From Escherichia coli (GTDB lineage Bacteria > Pseudomonadota > Gammaproteobacteria > Enterobacterales > Enterobacteriaceae): a stretch of DNA of 64,000 nt. Location of the stretch: assembly GCF_001677475.2 (NCBI RefSeq), contig NZ_CP015229.1; one strand, given 5' to 3'. This document shows, in pieces, positions 59,521 through 64,000 of the stretch (position 1 is its first letter; each line of letters starts with the position of its first letter). Under the pieces are notes generated by a model, which made no database searches, was not told the DNA's origin, and was given only the letters and a program-made list of their open reading frames with translations. Made by a program: the position numbers and the translations under genes.

Positions 59521-60576
59521 TTAAGCAATTTTGACGGTAACAAATTTGCGAATATCTGCCGGTACCGGCTGCGGTGCGCTGTGCGTCTGCACGTACTCAA
59601 TCGCCGGATCGCCATCCTCAATCCAGTTTTTCGGGTAGTACATGTTTTGCGTTGCGCCAGTTCTTACCGCTTCCGGATCCATAATCGCACCATAGGCCAC
59701 CAGCCCTTTATTGTTAGTGTTGCCCAGGACAAGCAAATCAGGCTCAAGGAAATATTTTTCGGTGCCATCGCTGTCGGTGTATTTGCCGGAATAGACGATA
59801 AGGGCCAGATCACCCAGATAGCCTTTAAAGCTCACCACTTCGCCCAGGTTTTTACAGGCCAGCTCTGCGGCGGATTCTGAACCACGGGAAAGATCGTACA
59901 GTTCACGGAATTTTTTAAAGCTGCGTAACGTGCGCCATACCTCAGCGCCCATAATCATGACGTTGGCGGGGCAACCAGCCTGATCGGTGTATAGTTCGAT
60001 GTCATAGATTGGATCGTGTGTTTCCTTATCTGCCTCAGACCACTTTTTGCCCGATCCCTGCGTAATGATGTTTTTAGTCGGGATTTTCCAGTCGATTTCG
60101 TATCTATTTATTCCTTCGCCCTCAATGATGTTTTTTCCGGTCGTGACCGCATTCACCGCCAGCCATTCTATGCGAGCTTTAATAGCGTTTACCTGGCGGC
60201 GCATGTTGCCAGTAATCAGGCGCATACGGCGATAAGTTGGATCGTTAAGCTGTGCCGGATCTTCTCCAGCCATGCGCATGATGGTTTTTGATGGATCGAT
60301 TTCGTGTTTTGGTTTCATATAGCCAGGGCGGATAGTGCTTGTTTCGTACCCTTTATCGCGCTGAACCTGACTCCCCACCATAGGCGAACAAAAAGCCGAC
60401 ATGGTGACTTCTTCAATATCCAGGGTATCTAACATGATGTCCTGCGTGTTGAAGGTTGCCACGTTCGGGAAAAACAGCGACGTAAACAGCGGACTGAATT
60501 TAAATTCCGAAATATCCCCACGATTCAGGTACGCGAAAAGCTGGTTAGTGTTAAGTGCCGTTGCTTTGCCTGTCAT
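59521..60576 (-). CDS. Major capsid protein, lambda gpE-like
   Basis: 351 aa; blocks FKFSPLFTSLFF and PGYMKPKHEIDP, YPKNWIEDGDPA, SAPQP match lambda E motifs (FKFDPLFLRLFF, PGYVKPKHEVNP, YPKNWVTTGDPA, SAPLM) as recalled; similar length. Confidence 0.85.
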   Translation of the reverse strand: MTGKATALNTNQLFAYLNRGDISEFKFSPLFTSLFFPNVATFNTQDIMLDTLDIEEVTMSAFCSPMVGSQVQRDKGYETSTIRPGYMKPKHEIDPSKTIMRMAGEDPAQLNDPTYRRMRLITGNMRRQVNAIKARIEWLAVNAVTTGKNIIEGEGINRYEIDWKIPTKNIITQGSGKKWSEADKETHDPIYDIELYTDQAGCPANVMIMGAEVWRTLRSFKKFRELYDLSRGSESAAELACKNLGEVVSFKGYLGDLALIVYSGKYTDSDGTEKYFLEPDLLVLGNTNNKGLVAYGAIMDPEAVRTGATQNMYYPKNWIEDGDPAIEYVQTHSAPQPVPADIRKFVTVKIA

Positions 60577-60782
60577 TATTCACCCCCATGAGTCTGATTC
60601 ATGCCCAGCGCCGCGCGTAAATAGGCGCGTACCTGCCAGCCTGTTGACGGCTCAACCATCGCCAGCGGCTCAAGTCCTGCCGCAATGCCTGCTTTTACGT
60701 TCTGCTGGTGGCGTTCCTTGAGCGCCTCCACGATGTCTGGGCTTATGTAAACTGTCACCCCGCCTTTTTTCTCTTCTGCCAT
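60576..60782 (-). CDS. Hypothetical 68-aa protein, first gene of the capsid operon, translationally coupled to the capsid gene
   Basis: ORF 60576-60815 from GTG; better start at internal ATG (MAEEKKGG) with AGAGGA RBS; stop TAA overlaps capsid ATG by 1 nt. Confidence 0.45.
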   Translation of the reverse strand: MAEEKKGGVTVYISPDIVEALKERHQQNVKAGIAAGLEPLAMVEPSTGWQVRAYLRAALGMNQTHGGE

Positions 60783-60820
60783 AGTCGGAAATTCCTCTTT
60801 GACGTTAAAAATCACAACTG

Positions 60821-60852
60821 GATGTTCATCCAGTTGTGATTATAATCATGAT
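60821..60852. promoter_or_regulatory. Perfect 14-bp-arm palindrome upstream of the capsid operon (candidate operator; contains CTG-N10-CAG)
   Basis: AATCACAACTGGATG-TTCA-TCCAGTTGTGATT about 40-70 bp upstream of the operon start. Confidence 0.4.
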
Positions 60853-60993
60853 TTCATTTTACGCAATAATGTTGAGTTGTGTTGCAAATTGTGAAATGAT
60901 TTCCGGCAACAGTAGTCACCATACTGTTAGATAAAAGCCTCATATGCAAAAGCCCGATAAGACCCTCTGACCTTATCGGGCTTTTTTTGGGGC

Positions 60994-61018
60994 ATAAAAA
61001 AGCCGGACTTCTCCGGCT
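60994..61018 (-). terminator. Rho-independent terminator after the SSB-like gene
   Basis: Reverse strand AGCCGGAGAAGTCCGGCT followed by TTTTTT; adjacent second hairpin (60952-60988) with T-run on the + strand. Confidence 0.5.
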
Positions 61019-61033
61019 TCTGTTACTCGTTGC

Positions 61034-61456
61034 TTAAAACGGTATGTTATCCCCGTACGGATCATCGTTACCCGCCTGTTGTTTTGCCCTGTTCAGTGCG
61101 TCAGTAGCCTGCCCTTGCTGGCCTTTTTTGCCGCCCGGTCGCGCCGTTCTCGCACTGATTACGCTGTCTGCGATAACCTGCCAGCCCTGCCGCGTTTCGC
61201 CGTTCTGGCCTGTCCACTGGCTTACCTGCATGTTACCCGCCACGCTCACCAGTTCGCCTTTGTGGTGTTTTGCCAGTGCGTCGGCCTGTCTGCCAAACGC
61301 CAGGACGGATAACCACATCGTCGCCGTTCCGTCATCTGCCTGGCTGCACGGAAGGGGGACCGCCATACTAGCCATCGTCATTTGTGTACCCTTGCTGGTG
61401 GTCTTTAACTGCGGGTCAGCCACCAGCCGCCCGTAAGCCGCTATCTGTGCTGTCAT
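61034..61456 (-). CDS. SSB-like single-stranded-DNA-binding protein (divergent OB fold with conserved acidic C-terminal tail)
   Basis: 140 aa; Gly/Gln-rich linker and C-terminus DDPYGDNIPF resembling the SSB tail (DFDDDIPF). Confidence 0.55.
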   Translation of the reverse strand: MTAQIAAYGRLVADPQLKTTSKGTQMTMASMAVPLPCSQADDGTATMWLSVLAFGRQADALAKHHKGELVSVAGNMQVSQWTGQNGETRQGWQVIADSVISARTARPGGKKGQQGQATDALNRAKQQAGNDDPYGDNIPF

Positions 61457-61698
61457 GCTGTCTGCTCTCCGGTTTTAACGTTGATGGTTGTCACCTGTTC
61501 CGCTTCGGCAATCTCCCGTTCTGTCAGCGTGGCAAAGTTTGCAGCTGCCGTTGTCATGAATGCGCTAATCAGTTCGGGATGTGCTTTCGCATATCCTTCC
61601 CCGGCGTTGCGGTCGATGATTTTTATCGACACCCTTAACCAGTGTTCCGTCAAATCAAGGGCGTGCGATTGTGATTTTTTTGTGTGCTTCGCTGTCAT
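61453..61698 (-). CDS. Hypothetical 81-aa protein, 4-nt overlap with the SSB-like gene
   Basis: ORF begins just downstream of the iteron array and overlaps the SSB-like start; no family recognised. Confidence 0.4.
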   Translation of the reverse strand: MTAKHTKKSQSHALDLTEHWLRVSIKIIDRNAGEGYAKAHPELISAFMTTAAANFATLTEREIAEAEQVTTINVKTGEQTA

Positions 61699-61740
61699 AG
61701 GCTTTATCTCACAGCAGTAAATTAAAATTTTTGCGTTTTA

Positions 61741-61980
61741 ACCCTTCACCTGTTCACCTTTTGATATTTTCCATTTAAATTCATACTGTTAAGGGGTGAA
61801 CAGTTTCACAAAAACTATTCACCAACTGTTCACCACTGTTCACCCTTGAAGCTCAATAAACAACCAAAAAGGTGAACAGTGAATAGTTTGGTGAATAGTT
61901 CATAAATAACTGTTCACCCTATAATATACTGATATAAAAGATATTTATGACAGGGTGAACAGTGGTGAACAGTTATTCCA
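61741..61980. repeat. Iteron array: at least 8 perfect copies of TGTTCACC (both orientations) plus degenerate copies; candidate replication origin
   Basis: Direct reading: CCTGTTCACC, GGGGTGAACAGT, ACTGTTCACCACTGTTCACCC, AGGTGAACAGT, ACTGTTCACCC, GGGTGAACAGTGGTGAACAGT in AT-rich context between the helicase and SSB genes. Confidence 0.75.
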
Positions 61981-61985
61981 TAAGT

Positions 61986-63818
61986 TTAATTTTTGCTATC
62001 GTCATTAGTGACTGATACACATGATGGCATCCAGTCTTCTGATTCCTCCGTCAGTGTCACGTTTGAACGTAAACCGTGCTTCGTTTTCCGTTTTATATAC
62101 TCCCTGCCATATTCCGCCATTGCCCCAGGCATATCTTTACCGAAGCGCGTCAGTGTTACAGGTTTACCAAACCCATGAGCCCTCATATAAGCCAGATAGG
62201 CATGATAGAGATACCTGCGCGGGCTGAATGGCACAATTTCAGCATTACCCACTAACAGGCCATCACACATTACCGACGCCATGAGATAGCCGCAGAAGTC
62301 CACCAGCGAATCCCCCTCTCGCTTTATCGCCAGTGCTTCTTCAGATTTCTGCTGCTCATATAACAGGCGTCTGGCTTCGTCCTGGTCAGCAAACCTTGTA
62401 AGCAGATGGCGAATCACTACCGCCAGCTCACCTTCTATTTTTTCCGCCAGCATCGGATCGCGTTCGTTCTCCGGTACAACTTCCGAAAAATTGAATATCA
62501 CCCGACGACGTGAGATCCCCCCGCTGCGGTCACTGAATGACATGGCGTTATTGTTAACCGCCAGCACTACTGCCGGAATACGCGTTGAGTAGGGGGCTTT
62601 GTGTTTCGGGTCAATTGCCACCTTGTCACCGCCTGTAATGGCCTTAATTCCTGCCCCATCACCAGCGTAGCGGGTCATATCCGGCATGATAATCAGCGAA
62701 AAGCCAACCACTAACGCGCGTTCCCTTGCATCTTCCAGCGCCTTCATGCTTGCCGATACTGTGTTGGCCTTACCCGCCAGCATGGTGCAAATCTCCGCCA
62801 TCACGCTTTTACCACTTCCCCCTGGACCTGTTACCTCAATGAATAACTGCCAGTCGTACCGGTTCGCCAGCACCATGAATAATGCAGCCAGTACGCGATC
62901 CGCCTTGCGGTCATTCTCAGCCACCGAACGGCGTAACCACTTCCAGAAATTCGGCGCATGTGTTGCCAGCGTTTCCCCCTCTGCTGGTGGGCTGAAAGGT
63001 AATTCACTGGCAATTAACAACCAGTCGTTTTTGTTATGCTCCCGAAAATTACCTGTTCTGGTATCAAATACCCCGTTACTGAATCCAATCAGGTTACGGG
63101 CTGTATTCCCCATTACAGGCAAACTTAACTTCATGGTATCGACCGCCGATTTAATGGCGTTCTGCGAATAGCTGATCTCCGCATCAATGAAAATCTGCGC
63201 CATAGCACGCTGTAACTCTTTATCCTGAACCGGCTCCCATACAACGCCGTTGTAATGGTGAACAGTGTCAGAGTCAGCATGAATCGCCAGTTCACCGCCA
63301 TAATGTGCCAGGAGAACTTCGCCGCGTTGACTTGCTCCCATCTGGTTAAGCGCCAGTGATGAAGCGTTATCGTCTTTTACCCGCTCTTTTTTCTTTACAG
63401 GCAGTTCAACTACCTTTTTCTTTTCCGCCAGCTCTGCCCGTTCACGTTCCAGATATTCGCGCCAGTTCTCCCGTTTCTGGCTGTGCATTCCTTCAGGATA
63501 ATAATCAGCATCCCTGACACCTGCCGCTGCCAGTTTCTGCCCGATGGTATTAACAAGCCCCGGACGCAATAACCCCGCCTGGTAGAGACGCACACGATAG
63601 CGTCCGTCCGGTACGATTTGCAGGTTGTCCAGTTCGGCAAGTTGTTGCTCTCCAAGCCAGACAGGAGGCACGTTATCGCCAGCCAGTCGCCCGTCCTGTT
63701 CCTGCCACTGCTTCGCATGTGCCCACGCATCACTACCCGCAAAAATGATGACTTCCGTCATTTTGTCACGTGGCTGGTGTTTTAAATTTGGCGCTTTTTT
63801 CATTTCTGCTCTCTCCAC
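61986..63818 (-). CDS. Replication initiator/helicase, SF3 (D5-like) family, P4 alpha-type
   Basis: 610 aa; Walker A GPGGSGKS in a D5/SF3-helicase-like core; sits next to the iteron array; start may be at a downstream Met. Confidence 0.75.
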   Translation of the reverse strand: MERAEMKKAPNLKHQPRDKMTEVIIFAGSDAWAHAKQWQEQDGRLAGDNVPPVWLGEQQLAELDNLQIVPDGRYRVRLYQAGLLRPGLVNTIGQKLAAAGVRDADYYPEGMHSQKRENWREYLERERAELAEKKKVVELPVKKKERVKDDNASSLALNQMGASQRGEVLLAHYGGELAIHADSDTVHHYNGVVWEPVQDKELQRAMAQIFIDAEISYSQNAIKSAVDTMKLSLPVMGNTARNLIGFSNGVFDTRTGNFREHNKNDWLLIASELPFSPPAEGETLATHAPNFWKWLRRSVAENDRKADRVLAALFMVLANRYDWQLFIEVTGPGGSGKSVMAEICTMLAGKANTVSASMKALEDARERALVVGFSLIIMPDMTRYAGDGAGIKAITGGDKVAIDPKHKAPYSTRIPAVVLAVNNNAMSFSDRSGGISRRRVIFNFSEVVPENERDPMLAEKIEGELAVVIRHLLTRFADQDEARRLLYEQQKSEEALAIKREGDSLVDFCGYLMASVMCDGLLVGNAEIVPFSPRRYLYHAYLAYMRAHGFGKPVTLTRFGKDMPGAMAEYGREYIKRKTKHGLRSNVTLTEESEDWMPSCVSVTNDDSKN

Positions 63819-64000
63819 GCGGCAATCATGTTTTTCAGTTCCTGTAGTTTTTTATCAACATCCATACATGACACATGGTTATTTCTGGAAGGCGGGATTT
63901 CCCGCCGGAATCTGCAAATAAAGATCTCCACGTTCAGCGAGCTATGAAATGAATAGCCATCACGAATAAAATACACACGGTCAAACATTATCGATTTTAC

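Noticed and set aside
61741-61980. Possible CRISPR array
   Set aside because: The repeats are 8-bp octamers in both orientations with irregular spacing and no spacer structure; iterons of a replication origin, not CRISPR.
63800-63988. 62-aa minus-strand ORF overlapping the start of the helicase gene
   Set aside because: Could be a small regulator but overlaps the helicase N-terminus out of frame and has no recognisable family; too uncertain to call with the window ending at 64000.

Overview
This window is an Escherichia coli-type chromosomal segment (non-K-12 gene content) running from ygiQ/ftsP/plsC/parC through qseBC, parE, tolC, ribB, glnE, cca, the ttd tartrate operon, rpsU-dnaG-rpoD and mug to a tRNA-Ile2 (CAU) gene at 54476-54551. 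Two accessory blocks interrupt the conserved backbone. The first (about 12.1-19.4 kb, between ygiN and parE) is a TonB-dependent receptor plus FecBCDE-like ABC importer co-transcribed with an RpiR/SIS-family regulator. The second and most interesting starts right after the tRNA and runs past the window end: a compact phage-satellite-like element. It carries a lambda-type cos site, a Nu1-like small terminase gene split by an IS21-family insertion (7-bp target duplication, reading frame restored when the IS is removed), lambda E-like major capsid and D-like decoration genes in reversed order with no portal, protease or large terminase, an SSB-like gene, an array of TGTTCACC iterons and an SF3/D5-type replicative helicase. 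No integrase is visible in the 9.4 kb present. All gene identifications rest on reading the translated ORFs against remembered protein families and gene order; no database search was run, so novelty cannot be established from here. Also present: an FMN riboswitch ahead of ribB and one ibs/sib type I toxin-antitoxin copy. Relative to K-12 as I recall it, mqsRA and the ygiL-yqiGHI fimbrial operon are absent.
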